From: an uncultured Gemmatimonadaceae bacterium
GTDB lineage: Bacteria > Gemmatimonadota > Gemmatimonadetes > Gemmatimonadales > Gemmatimonadaceae
NCBI GenBank assembly: GCA_963751275.1
Contig: CAVVTZ010000009.1
Coordinates: 416,001 to 480,000, forward strand
Reading direction: 5' to 3'
Length of the DNA stretch: 64,000 nt
In this document: positions 21,970-32,967 of the stretch, piece after piece
Numbering within the stretch: position 1 is the stretch's first letter
How the letters are laid out: each line of letters opens with the position of its first letter
Notes under the pieces: model-generated
Databases searched by the model: none
What the model saw: only the letters and a program-made list of their open reading frames with translations
Told to the model about the DNA's origin: nothing
Translations under genes and position numbers: made by a program

Positions 21970-24900
21970 GTGACCCGCCGCAGTCTCGTCGCCCTCATCA
22001 GCGCCAGCGTGCTGCTCGCCATCATCCTGGTGGCGGCCATTGCGGTGTTGATGACGACGCAGACCGACTTCGGCCGCGAGCGGATCCGCCGGCTCGTGCT
22101 CGCGCGCGCGACGAGCGCGATCGGCGGGCGGGGCAAGCTCTTCATTGGGCGCATCTCCGGATCGCTGTTCACCGAGATCGTCGTCGATTCGATCTCACTG
22201 TACGACTCGGAGGATTCGCTGGTGGTGGCGACGGGTCCGGTGCGGCTCACCTTCGACCCGCGCGACTTCCTCGACCAGCGCATCCACCTGCACAAGGTGG
22301 ACATCTCGCGGCCCAACATCAATCTGCGGCGCCACGCGAACGATGTCTGGAACTACCGCACGATCTTCCCCGAAGGGAAGAAATCGAAGATCCACACGCC
22401 CGGATTCGGTGATTACATCGTGGCCGACTCGGTGTCGCTGCACGACGGCACCTTCCGCCTCACCGAGCCCTGGCAGCCCGATGATTCGCTCAAGGGCGCG
22501 CGGCGCGACAGCGCGGTGCGCTTCGCGCTGGCGCGCACGTGGCCGGAAGTGCGCAACACGAAGGAGGGGCTGAAGCGCACGCGCCGCTGGACGCGGCTGA
22601 ACATCGACGCGCCGCGCGCGCGGATCGCCATGCCCGACAGCGCCGGCCAGCTGATCACGCTCGCGAATCTCTCCACGGTGGAGAACGATCCCCCCACCGA
22701 AGTGCACAACATCCGCGGCCAGGTGCGCATCCACGGCGACAGCGTCTGGCTCGCGCTCTCGAACGTGGAGCTGCCCAGCACGCGCGCGCACGTGACCGCG
22801 CGCATCTGGTGGGGGGGCGACAAGCCGGTGCAACTGGACCTGCACGCTGTGTCGGACACGGTGTCGCTCGCCGATTTCGCGTGGGTGTATCCGGGGCTGC
22901 CGCGCACCGGCGGCGGGCACACTGACGTGTTCGTCAAGAACGACCCGAAGGACCTTCGCGTGCTCGAGTACGCGCTGAAGGGGATGGACCTGCGCACCAC
23001 GAAGTCGCATCTCCGCGGCGACATGACCTTCGGCGTCGGAGGCCCGGTGCTGATCGTGAAGGACGTGGCCATGCGACTCGAGCCGGCCGACTTCGATCTG
23101 CTGCGCACGTTCAACGGCGGCACCTTCCCGGTGGATTTCCGCGGGCAGTTCACGGGCACCGTGTACGCGGCCGGCGGGCCCATCAACCGCTGGAAGGTGG
23201 ACAGCGCCGACGTGACCTTCCGCAATGCGCACGTGCCGGGCGCCGTCTCGCACCTCAACGCGAACGGGGAGCTCGACCTGCTCATCCCGTCGCTCGCGAA
23301 GTTCCGCGGTTTCGACGTCGATCTCACGCCGCTCGACCTGCGCACGGTGACCTATCTCTTCCCGCAGTTCCCGCGGCTCGGCGGCACGATCACCGGCAGC
23401 GCGACACTCGACTCGATCTGGACGGACGTGCGCTTCAGCGACGCCGACGTCGAGCATCACGACGGGCCCGAGGAGCCCACGCACATGACCGGCAGCGGGC
23501 GCGTGACCGCCGCCGAGCCGTCCACGCGCTTCGACGTGACGCTCCAGGCGTCGCCGATCTCCTTCGACGAGCTCGCGCATTCGTACCCGTCGCTCCCGCT
23601 GCGCGGGACGATGTCCGGACCGCTCCGTGTGCAGGGGACGACGAACGCGCTCACGCTCGCCACGACGCTCACCGGCGAGGCCGGGACGCTCGCGATCGAT
23701 GAGGTGATCGACATCGACAGCACGGGCGGCGAGGGGGCGAAGGGTACGGTGCACGCCGCCGGCCTCGACCTCGCGCAGCTGCTCGACCGGCCATCGATCC
23801 CCACGACCGAGCTGTACGCGGAGATGACGAACGACGTGCACGGCGATGCACTCGCCACGATGGTCGGCACGCTCGACCTCACCGTGGACACCTCGCGCGT
23901 GAAGGACATCCGCGTGCCGCACGCCACCGCGCGCGCGCGCGTGGCGGGTGGGCACCTGATGGTGGATTCGCTCACGCTCACCTCCACCGGCCTGCGCGCG
24001 CGTGGCTCGGGAATGCTCGGCGTGGCCGCGGGCGCGCGCGACACGCTGCGCTTCACCGCGGACATCGATTCGCTCGGTGGTCTCCGCTCGGTGATCGCGA
24101 CCCCGCGCGCCGGCGCCGATACCTCGGCGATGACCGCCGACGAACTGCTGGCGCGCGCGCAGCGCGATTCGCTCGACGGGACGTTCACGATCTCCGGCTA
24201 CCTCGCCGGCTCGCTGGCGGATTCGTTCGTCGCGAGCGCGACCTTCCTGGGCCAGGACCTCGTGCGCGGCGCCGACCGCGCGGTGCGCCTCGCGGGCGGC
24301 TTCGACATTGGCGGACTGCCCAAGGCGCCGGCCGGCACGCTCTGGATGCGCCTGGATTCCGTGCGCATCGCGGGCATCGGGATCGACACCGTGCACGCGC
24401 TGCTTGGCGATGCACCGCGCCGACAGTGGTACGGTCACGTTCGGCGTCTCCACCGCGCGGGCCGCCGGCACGATGCACGGCGGCGCCCGGGTGCTCTTCG
24501 CCATCGCCCCCGACACGCTCCGGCTCGCGCTCGACTCGCTCCAGCTCGTCACCGGCGGGCCGGGCGGCCACACGTGGAATCTGCTGCACCCGGCTCACTA
24601 CGAGCGCGATCACGGCGGCGATTTCCTCGACTCGCTCGTCCTGAGCGGCGGCGGGGGCGGGCGCATCACCGCGCACGCCGCCCTGCCGGCCGCCGGTGCG
24701 ATCTCGGCGCTCCTCACCGCCGACACACTCGGCCTCGCGGATGCCGGCGCGATCGTGCAGACGGCGCGCCCGCTCGGCGGCTACGTCACCGGCGAACTGC
24801 ACGTCACCGGCACGCGCGACGAGCCGGTCATGCGCCTCACCTCCCGATTCCGCGATGCGCGCTACGGCACGGTCACCTTCCCGTACTTCAGCCTCGACGC

Positions 24901-26521
24901 GGATTACGCCAAGCGTAGTCTGTCCTCGCGCCTGGATTTCTTCGACCACGGCCAGTCGGTGGCCGCGCTCGCGCTCACGATCCCGGCGGATCTGGCCCTG
25001 CACTCGGTGGCCGAGCGGTTCCCCGACGAGCCGATCAAGGGGCGCCTGCGCGCCGACAGCCTGGATGTCGCGGTGCTGTCGTCGTTCTCGCCGCTCCTCA
25101 GCCAACCCTCCGGCATCGCGAACGTGGACCTGGTGCTCTCCGGTACGCGCAAGGAACCGCAGTTCAAGGGCTTCTTCCGCCTGAACGACGCGTCGGTAGG
25201 GCTGCCGCGGTTCGGCGTGCGGCTCACCTCGCTCCAGACCGCGATCAGCGTGGCCCCGGGGGAGATCAAGATCGACACGCTCGCGATGCAGAGCGGCTCG
25301 ACCAAGGGGAATTTCATGACGATCTCCGGCACGCTGCGCACGCCGGATCTGCTCGACCTGATCGATGACCGGAGCGCGCTCGTGCTCGACCTGCGCATGA
25401 TCGCGAAGAATTTCCAGCTGCTCGACAGCCGGAAGATCGCGCGCGTGGAGGTGACCGATGACGTCACGCTCACCGGCAAGTTCAGCGCGGCCACCCTGAG
25501 CGGGCATATCGCCGTGGACAACGCGGACTTCTACCTCGCCTCGCTGGAGAGCAAGAAGACCGTGATCGATCTCGATGACCCCGAGCTGTTCGCCGATCCC
25601 GCCGTGGCGGAGAGCCACAAGTTGGGTTCGTCGATCCCGCCCGACGTGCGCGACGCGATCTCGAAGCTGCGCGTGGACAACCTCGACGTCACCATCGGCG
25701 ACAAGGTCTGGCTGCGATCGGACATCGCCGAGATCAAGCTGGGCGGCGCCGTGGTGATCCAGGGCTCCGGCACACAGCGGCTCACCGGCACGATCAATGT
25801 CAAGCACGGCACCTACCGCCTCGACCTCGGGCTGGTGCAGCGCACCTTCACGGTCGACTCGGGCACCGTGCGGTTCTATGGCGACGTGGAGCAGGGCGGC
25901 CAGCTGAACGTGTGGGCGTCGAGCACGGTGCGGCAGGCCAACCGGCTGGGCGAGGACGTGAAGATCCTCGCGCACATCACCGGCACCACCGACAATCCGC
26001 GCCCTGAGTTCTCGAGCGGCGAACGCTACGCGCTCACGGAAGCGGAGATCCTCAGCTACCTGATCTTCGGGCAGCCGTCGTTCGTGCAGGGGACGAACAC
26101 CGCCGGGAGCACCGCGGCGGCGGCGATCCTGCCGAGCCTGGGCACCGTGATGGAACGGGCCCTGTCGAGCCAATTGCGGTGGGTGGACCAGATCACGATC
26201 CAGACGGGGGCGACCACGCCGCAGAGCGACCAATACTCGGCGCTCTTCGGCTCGCGTTTCGGCGTGGGGAAGCAGCTGGGCGACCGCACGTATGTCGCCG
26301 CGAACGCCGGCCTCTGCTGGCTGCAGAGCTCCGCGTCCGGCGGCAACAGCCTCGCGCAATCGCTCGGCGTCTCGGTGGACCAGCAGCTGGGCGGCAAGTT
26401 CGTGCTGCAGGCATCACGTGAACCGAATTCCGTGTCGATGATGTGCAAGCCCGGCACCACCGACATCGGCAGCCGGCCGGCGCAGTACGGCATCGACCTC
26501 TTCCGCGAGTGGAGCTTCTAG
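21970..26521 (+). CDS. tamB: Translocation and assembly module TamB/AsmA-like protein (frameshift near 24405)
   Basis: N-terminal TM anchor, long beta-rich body, C-terminal EILSYLIFG motif (DUF490-like), ends REWSF; directly downstream of the TamA-like gene. Confidence 0.82.
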
Positions 26522-28380
26522 TGCCGGCGCGCGAGCGGGACCGCTTCAAGGAGATGGTCGAGGCCACGAGCCACGCGATCCTGCTCTCGGATCTGAAGCG
26601 GAGCGTCGTGTACGCGAACCCGGCGGCGCATGCGCTGTTCGGCGTCACCGACGGCGATCTGGCCGGGCGTTCCGTGGACGATCTGCTCCCGCCGGAATCG
26701 CGGGGTGAAGTGGCCCGCCGCCACGCCAAGGCGATGGCCGGCGAGCCGCAGCGCTACGAGACCGTGGTGCTCGCGGGCGGTACGGCGCGCCGCGTGGTGT
26801 CCGTGCGCAACGCGCCGCTGCGGGAAGGCGGCAAGATCATCGGCAGCATCGCGAGCCTGCTCGACATCACCGACGAGCGCGAGGCCCTCGACGCGCGGGC
26901 GGAGTCCGAGCGGCGCTACGAGCGCCTGGTGGACACGGCGGCGGATGCGATCTTCAGCGTCGATCGCGAGGGACGCTTCACGTCGGTGAACAGGACGGTG
27001 GAGTTCGCGATCGGCAAGCCGAAGGAGCAGCTGCTGGGCACGCCGTACAAGGACCATCTGTATCCCGAGACGCTCGAAGTGGCCGACGCCCTCTTCGCCG
27101 ACATGGTGGCGGGCAAGCGCGGGCGCGCCGAGCTGGAGTACACGATGCCCGGCGGCGGCGAGCGGCGGATCGGATCGATCACCACGTCGCCGATCATCGA
27201 GGACGGCGTGGTGACGGGCGCGGTGGGCATCATGCGCGACATCACCGGCGAGCGCCGGCTCACCGAGCAGCTCGTGCAGCGCGAGAAGCTCGCGGCCATT
27301 GGCCAGCTCGTGAGCGGCGTCGCGCACGAGCTGAACAATCCGCTCGCCGGGATCATGGCGTTCGCGCAGCTGCTCCATGCTACGTCGCCGATGCAGGAGG
27401 ACCAGCGCGACGCCGTGGAGACGATCCACCGCGAGGCGCGGCGCGCCGCGAAGATCGTGTCGAACCTCCTCTTCTTCGCGCGCCAGCGCGACCCGGAGCG
27501 CGGGTGCACGGACCTCAATCAGGTCATGCGCGACACGCTCGAGATGCGGCGCTACGTGCTGCGCACGCAGCAGGTGGAGGTGGTCACCGATCTCGAAGCG
27601 TCGCTCCCCACCACCTGGGCCGATAGCTTCCAGCTGCAGCAGGTGATCCTGAATCTCATCACGAACGCGGAACACGCGCTCGCGACGGTGAAGGGGCCGA
27701 AGCGCATCACGCTCAGCACGCGCCTCGTGGACGGGAAGCTGGAAGCGAGCGTGAGCGACAACGGGCCCGGCATCCCGCCGGAGCAGCTGGACCAATTGTT
27801 CAATCCGTTCTTCACGACGAAAGCGGTGGGCGAGGGCACCGGGCTGGGGCTCTCGATCTCCGACGGGATCGCGCGCCAGCACGGCGGCGAGATCCGGGTG
27901 GAATCGCGCCCGGGCGCCGGCGCGCGCTTCACGCTCGTGCTGCCGCGCGTGGATGCGCCGAAGGCGCCGGCCGCGGAGCGAGCCGCGCCGGCGCCGCCGT
28001 CGCGCGCGGGCGCGCGCACCTTCCTGCTCGTGGACGATGAGCCCGCGATCCGCCAGGCGCTCTCGATCTACCTGCGCCGCGCCGGCCACACGGTGGATCT
28101 CGCGGAGAGCGGCCAGGAGGCGCTCGTGCACTTGGGCCGCCAGCGCTACGATGGGATCTTCCTGGACCTGCGCATGCCGGACGTGTCGGGCGCCGATCTC
28201 TACGGCCGGCTCCGCGCGGCGGACCCCGGCCAGGCCGAGCGCGTGGTGTTCGCCAGCGGCGACGTGGACGCGCACGATGCGCGGGAATTCCTGCGCGCCA
28301 CCGGCCGCCCCTTCCTGGCCAAGCCGTTCGCGCTGAGCGCGGTGTCGGAGCTGCTCGAGCAGGTGGCGCGTGATGGGTGA
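26521..28380 (+). CDS. Hybrid sensor histidine kinase (PAS-PAS-HisKA-HATPase-REC)
   Basis: GVAHELNNP H-box, NLITNA, DNGPG, FFTTK..GTGLGL, LLVDDE..LDLRMP..KPF. Confidence 0.92.
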   Translation: MPARERDRFKEMVEATSHAILLSDLKRSVVYANPAAHALFGVTDGDLAGRSVDDLLPPESRGEVARRHAKAMAGEPQRYETVVLAGGTARRVVSVRNAPLREGGKIIGSIASLLDITDEREALDARAESERRYERLVDTAADAIFSVDREGRFTSVNRTVEFAIGKPKEQLLGTPYKDHLYPETLEVADALFADMVAGKRGRAELEYTMPGGGERRIGSITTSPIIEDGVVTGAVGIMRDITGERRLTEQLVQREKLAAIGQLVSGVAHELNNPLAGIMAFAQLLHATSPMQEDQRDAVETIHREARRAAKIVSNLLFFARQRDPERGCTDLNQVMRDTLEMRRYVLRTQQVEVVTDLEASLPTTWADSFQLQQVILNLITNAEHALATVKGPKRITLSTRLVDGKLEASVSDNGPGIPPEQLDQLFNPFFTTKAVGEGTGLGLSISDGIARQHGGEIRVESRPGAGARFTLVLPRVDAPKAPAAERAAPAPPSRAGARTFLLVDDEPAIRQALSIYLRRAGHTVDLAESGQEALVHLGRQRYDGIFLDLRMPDVSGADLYGRLRAADPGQAERVVFASGDVDAHDAREFLRATGRPFLAKPFALSAVSELLEQVARDG

Positions 28381-28434
28381 GCGCGTCCGGTCGTCCATGC
28401 AATGGGGTTCGTCTTCCAGAGGGAGCCTGCAGCC

Positions 28435-28617
28435 ATGACGGAACTCAAGGAACACGACGGCATGATCTGCCGCGCCTGCGGCAACGAGGACCGCGCGTCG
28501 GAGGGGTACCCGTGCGCGGAGTGCGGCACCTTCATCTGTCTCATCTGCTCCTTCCGCGGCGTGACGCTGTGCACCGCGTGCCAGGAGAAGCAGAAGGCCG
28601 CCGCCGCGGCGAAGTGA
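28435..28617 (+). CDS. 60-aa cysteine-rich zinc-finger-like microprotein
   Basis: GGGAG SD; CRAC, CAEC, CLIC, CTAC; stop overlaps next GTG (GTGA). Confidence 0.75.
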   Translation: MTELKEHDGMICRACGNEDRASEGYPCAECGTFICLICSFRGVTLCTACQEKQKAAAAAK

Positions 28618-29555
28618 CGGCGGACTTCACCGCGCTCGGCGTGCGCGTGGGTCATGCGACCGACGCGGCGGGCGCGACGGGCGTGACGGTGATCCGCGGC
28701 GACGGGCCCTTCCGCGCCGCCGCCGCCATCCTCGGCCGCGCGACCGGCACGCGCGAGCTCGACGCGCTGTCGCCCGACCATCTCGTGGACCGCATCGACG
28801 CGATCGTGCTCACCGGCGGATCGGCGTACGGGCTGGGCGCCGCCGACGGCGTGATGCGCTGGATGGAAGAGCGCGGGCGCGGCTTCGATGTGCGCGTGGG
28901 CGTGGTGCCGATCGTGCCGAGCGCGGTGATCTTCGACCTCGGGCCGCTGGGCAGCGCGACGGCGCGCCCGACGCCGCAGATGGCTTATGACGCGTGCGAG
29001 CGCGCGGCGTTCACCTTCGAGGAAGGGAGCGTGGGCGCGGGCACGGGCGCCACCGTGGGGAAGGGCGCGGGCGTCGAGCGCGCGATGAAGGGCGGATTCG
29101 GCGCGCACGTGGAACGCCGCGGCGCGGTGGTGGTGGGCGCGATGGCGGTGGTGAACGCGCTCGGCGACGTGCGCGACGCTGCGGGCCGGATCATCGCCGG
29201 CGCGCGCGCGGACGGCGGGGGATTCGCGGATGTGGCGGCGCTCGTCGCGAGCGGCGCGGGGGGGAATCCACGCGCGGGGAACACGACGCTTGCGGTGGTG
29301 GCGACGAACGTGATGCTCTCGCGGCTCGAACTCGCGCAGGTGGCGAACGCCGCGAAGGCCGCGCTCGCGCGGCGGATCACACCGGTGGGAACTTCGTTCG
29401 ACGGTGATGTGATCTTCGCGGCCGGGCCAATGCGAGGCATCGCCGCGCCGGCAATGCAAGTCGAGGCACTCGCGATCCGCACTCTCGAGATGGCCATCGA
29501 ACGCGCAGTGCGAATGGCCAAAGGGCGAGACGGAATCCCCGGGCTCGCCGACTAA
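28614..29555 (+). CDS. P1 family (S58, DmpA-like) aminopeptidase
   Basis: VGHATD..TGVTV, LTGGSAYGL, EGSVGAGTGA, GNTT autocleavage site, FDGDVIFA. Confidence 0.9.
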   Translation: MTADFTALGVRVGHATDAAGATGVTVIRGDGPFRAAAAILGRATGTRELDALSPDHLVDRIDAIVLTGGSAYGLGAADGVMRWMEERGRGFDVRVGVVPIVPSAVIFDLGPLGSATARPTPQMAYDACERAAFTFEEGSVGAGTGATVGKGAGVERAMKGGFGAHVERRGAVVVGAMAVVNALGDVRDAAGRIIAGARADGGGFADVAALVASGAGGNPRAGNTTLAVVATNVMLSRLELAQVANAAKAALARRITPVGTSFDGDVIFAAGPMRGIAAPAMQVEALAIRTLEMAIERAVRMAKGRDGIPGLAD

Positions 29556-29570
29556 TCACTAACGGCGTAT

Positions 29571-29686
29571 CTGGTCCCCCGAACTCCGTTGTTAGCAATT
29601 GAGGCGTGGTCACGGCTCAGGCGTTGCTAGGAACGCCCGAGCCGTGACCACGCCTCAGTTGCCAGCAACGGAGTTCGGGGGACCAG
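29571..29686. repeat. 116-bp palindromic element, copy A (REP/REPIN/MITE-like)
   Basis: 58-bp arms around a central CTAG, 5 mismatches; termini TGGTCCCCCGAAC / GTTCGGGGGACCA. Confidence 0.9.
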
Positions 29687-29724
29687 TAACGGCGTTCGGG
29701 TTTCGCCTCACGCCGTTCTGATTC

Positions 29725-30146
29725 CTAGCTCAGCATCGCCCCCGCGAGTGGCGTCGCCGCATCCCGCACATGGAGCCGCAGTTCGCCCTGCCGCTCCCGG
29801 TCCAGTGTGATCGTCATCGTGTAGACTGCCGGGTCCGTCCAAGGGCAGATCGATCGGAGCGATCAGGGGCATGTCGATCTCGGTCACCTGCGGTGGCGGC
29901 GCGCCAATGTCGAGCTGGCCGTTCGAATTCCACAGCTCGGCGCCCTGCGGGTTCTTCCACGACAGCACCACTTGATGCACGCCCACGTCGGCGCGCGTCC
30001 CCTTCAGCCGCACCACGAGGTGCGCGCGCGGGTGCACGCTGGGGAAGGTGGCGACCTGCATCGCGTCGAAGACGCCCAGGATGTTCGAGCTTCCCCTCCT
30101 GCGAGAGGTTGGCGCCGTCGGCGAAGAGCGCGAAGGAGAGATGCAT
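29725..30146 (-). CDS. DUF6941-like small beta-sandwich protein (frameshifts)
   Basis: MHLSFALFADGANLSQEGKL(N)ILGVFD...P..LVVRL pattern; split across ORFs 29814..30170 and 29708..30061. End position inferred. Confidence 0.65.
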
Positions 30147-30196
30147 GCCGCAACTTACCGCTGTCACCACACGCGCGGAACGTCTAAGTTTCAGCG

Positions 30197-31127
30197 ATGT
30201 CCACGCTCGCCGACGACTCGCTGGCCGCCGCCCCCATCAGCGAGCGCGAGATCCCCGGGCCGTCGCTCACGGATCTGCTGCTCGTGACGATGAGCCTGAT
30301 CTGGGGGATCAATTACACGGTGGTGAAGTACGGCACGAGCGTCATCGCGCCGCTCGCGTACAACGGCGTGCGCGTCACAATGGCCGCGGTCGCGTTGCTC
30401 GCGCTCGTCTGGTGGACGAAGCGGCCCATCCCCTCCAAGCGCGACACGCTCACGCTGCTCGCGCTCGGCGTGCTCGGCAACGGGATCTATCAGCTCCTCT
30501 TCATTGAGGGCGTCGCGCGCACGCGCGCCGGCGACGCGGCGCTCGTGCTCGCGGCGTCGCCCGCGTTCATCGCGATCTTCGGCCGCGTCCTCGGTGTGGA
30601 GCGGATCACCGGGCGCGGCGTGGTGGGCATCCTGCTCTCGCTCGCCGGCATGGCGTTCGTGGTGTACGGCCGCCAACTGGCGCCGGGCGGCGACGGCCGC
30701 GCGACGCTCACCGGCAACGCGCTCGTGCTTTGCGGTTCGGTCGCCTGGTCGCTGTACTCCGTGCTGCTCAAGCCGCGCGCCGACCATCTCGGACATCCTC
30801 TCGATCTCCGCCTTCACGATGGCGGGGGGCGCGATCGTGATGATCCTCGCGGGACTGCCGGCGATCGCGGGCACCGATTGGCACACCGTGTCCGCCGTGA
30901 CGTGGGGCGCGATGGTGTACAGCGGCATCTTCGCCCTCGTCATCGCGTATCTATTCTGGTACCGCGGCGTGCAGGTGCTCGGACCCACGCGCACGGCGAT
31001 GTACTCGAACCTCCAGCCCGTGATCGCGCTCGGCGCCGCCTGGGCGTTCATCGGCGAAGTGCCCACGCCTTGGCAGGCGCTCGGCGCCGGCACGATCATC
31101 GCGGGCGTCGTGCTCACGCGCACATGA
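30197..31127 (+). CDS. DMT/EamA family transporter (frameshift near 30780)
   Basis: LIWGINYTVVK, two 5-TM repeats, LGPTRTAMYSNLQPVIA..GE. Confidence 0.9.
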
Positions 31128-31810
31128 GGCTCGTGCTGTTCGACATCGACGGCACGCTCCTGTGGAGCGATGGCGCCGGGCGGCGCTCGATGACCGTCGC
31201 GCTCACCGAGGCGGCCGGCTCGGCGGGACCGGCCGGCTACCGCTACGACGGCAAGACCGACGGGCAGATCGTGCGCGATCTGCTCGCCGCATCCGGGAAG
31301 GATGCGGCGGAGATCGATGCGATCACGCCGGCGATCATCGCGCGCTACCTCGCGTTGCTCGCCGACGATCTGCGCGAGCGGCGGCTGCGTCTCTTTCCCG
31401 GCGTGGCCGAATTGCTCGATGCGGTGGAGGCGGACCGCGAACTCACGCTCGGCCTGCTCACCGGCAACGTGCGCGAAGGCGCGGAACTGAAGCTGCGCGC
31501 GGCGGGCGTGGACTTCTCACGGTTCCGCGTGGGCGCGTTCGGCTCGGATCATCACGAACGCCCCGAGCTGCCGGCGATCGCCCAGCGGCGGTTCGCGGAG
31601 GCGCACGGCCTGTCGCTCGCGGGCGACCGCGTGGTGGTGATCGGCGACACGCCGGCGGACATCGCGTGCGGCCGCGGGATCGGCGCGCGCGCGATCGCGG
31701 TCGCGACCGGGCACTTCAAGGTGGAGGATCTCGCGAACCACGCGCCGGCGGCCGTGTTCGCATCGCTCGAGGACACCGCCGCCGTGATGCGCGCGATCCG
31801 CGATGAGTGA
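31124..31810 (+). CDS. HAD family hydrolase
   Basis: LFDIDGTL, LLTGN, IGDTPAD motifs; ATGA overlap with the EamA stop. Confidence 0.92.
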   Translation: MRLVLFDIDGTLLWSDGAGRRSMTVALTEAAGSAGPAGYRYDGKTDGQIVRDLLAASGKDAAEIDAITPAIIARYLALLADDLRERRLRLFPGVAELLDAVEADRELTLGLLTGNVREGAELKLRAAGVDFSRFRVGAFGSDHHERPELPAIAQRRFAEAHGLSLAGDRVVVIGDTPADIACGRGIGARAIAVATGHFKVEDLANHAPAAVFASLEDTAAVMRAIRDE

Positions 31811-32585
31811 CGGCGCCGTTCCGATCCAGGTGACGATCACCGGCCTGCTGCGCGGCCACGAGCTGCAGGGCGGGGCGACGGTCGCGCTGCGCGGCGATGT
31901 CGTGGAACTCGTGACCCGCGCCGCGCGCCATACGCTGCCGCTCGTGTCGCTCGAAGGCGCGCGCGTGCTCGAGAGCGGCGCGGTGGAGCTTGCATTGGAG
32001 GGGGGCGACGCGGTGATGCTCTTCGCCGGCATCAACGGCGCGGCGTCGCTGCGTGCATTGGCCGATGAGTTGTTGCGCCGCGCCTGCGCGCTGCCGGAGT
32101 TCACGCGCTCGCTCCGCGGGCTCGGCTCGCATCTCACGCGCCCGGGCCCGGACCACGACCGGTTCTTCCGCCCGCTGCTCGAAGCGCGGCGCGGCGCGGA
32201 GCGCGCGGGCCGGTTCGAAGGGGCGCGCGCGGCGTTCGACGCGGCGGCGATCCGCGCGGCGTTCTCGCGGCGGCTGCGTGAGATGGCGCACGAGCGCTGG
32301 CCGAACGATCCGCCCGAGCGCCGCGCGCTCGAAGCGGAAGCGGTGGACACGGCAGCGCCGCTGTTCGACGCGATCGCGGCGCTCGAGGCGGCGCAGCGCG
32401 CCTTCGATGCCGGCGCGGACTTCGAGCGGTTCGCGCGCTGGCGCGCGTGGACGTCCGCGCTGCAGAAGGTGTTCGAGCGCGCGGACGAGACGTGGCTCGA
32501 GCTGCAACCGGCCTTCGCGGCGGTGCCCGTGAAGACGGGCGTGTGGCGGCGGATCTTCCGCCGGCGGCGCGAGGCCGACGCGTGA
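31803..32585 (+). CDS. Hypothetical protein (beta-rich N-terminus, helical C-terminus)
   Basis: 260-aa ORF overlapping both neighbours in an operon; typical codon usage. Confidence 0.7.
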   Translation: MSDGAVPIQVTITGLLRGHELQGGATVALRGDVVELVTRAARHTLPLVSLEGARVLESGAVELALEGGDAVMLFAGINGAASLRALADELLRRACALPEFTRSLRGLGSHLTRPGPDHDRFFRPLLEARRGAERAGRFEGARAAFDAAAIRAAFSRRLREMAHERWPNDPPERRALEAEAVDTAAPLFDAIAALEAAQRAFDAGADFERFARWRAWTSALQKVFERADETWLELQPAFAAVPVKTGVWRRIFRRRREADA

Positions 32586-32965
32586 TCGCCGGCGTGGGGC
32601 TCGATCTCGTGGACATCGCGCGCGTGCAGCGCCTGATCGCCGCCAAGGGCGACCGCGCGCTGCGCCGGTTGTTCACCAAGGGGGAGAGTGACTACGCGGC
32701 GACGCGGCCGCGCCCCTTCCTGCATCTCGCGGCGCGTGTCGCGGCCAAGGAAGCGGCGTTCAAGGCGCTCTCCGGCGCCGATGGCGCGCGCGGCATCGGC
32801 TGGCGCGAGATGGAGGTCGTTACCGGCGCCGACGGCCGGCCGGCGCTCGCGCTGCACGGGCGCGCCGAGGCGTGCGCGAAGGCGCTCGGCGTCACGCGGC
32901 TGCATCTCACGCTCTCCCACAGCGAGACCACGGCGGGCGCGGTGGTCATCCTCGAGCGGGAATAG
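32582..32965 (+). CDS. acpS: Holo-ACP synthase
   Basis: GVGLDLVDI, AARVAAKEAAFKAL, LTLSH. Confidence 0.92.
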   Translation: MIAGVGLDLVDIARVQRLIAAKGDRALRRLFTKGESDYAATRPRPFLHLAARVAAKEAAFKALSGADGARGIGWREMEVVTGADGRPALALHGRAEACAKALGVTRLHLTLSHSETTAGAVVILERE

Positions 32966-32967
32966 CG

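Noticed and set aside
29377..29613. Similar short ORFs starting MTTPQLL.TEFGGP (also 54557..55762)
   Set aside because: The similarity comes from translating the palindromic element. Downstream sequence is antisense to real genes.
30197..31810. EamA-HAD fusion ORF
   Set aside because: Frameshift near 30780. The EamA second half is in another frame and ends at 31127, overlapping the HAD ATG.
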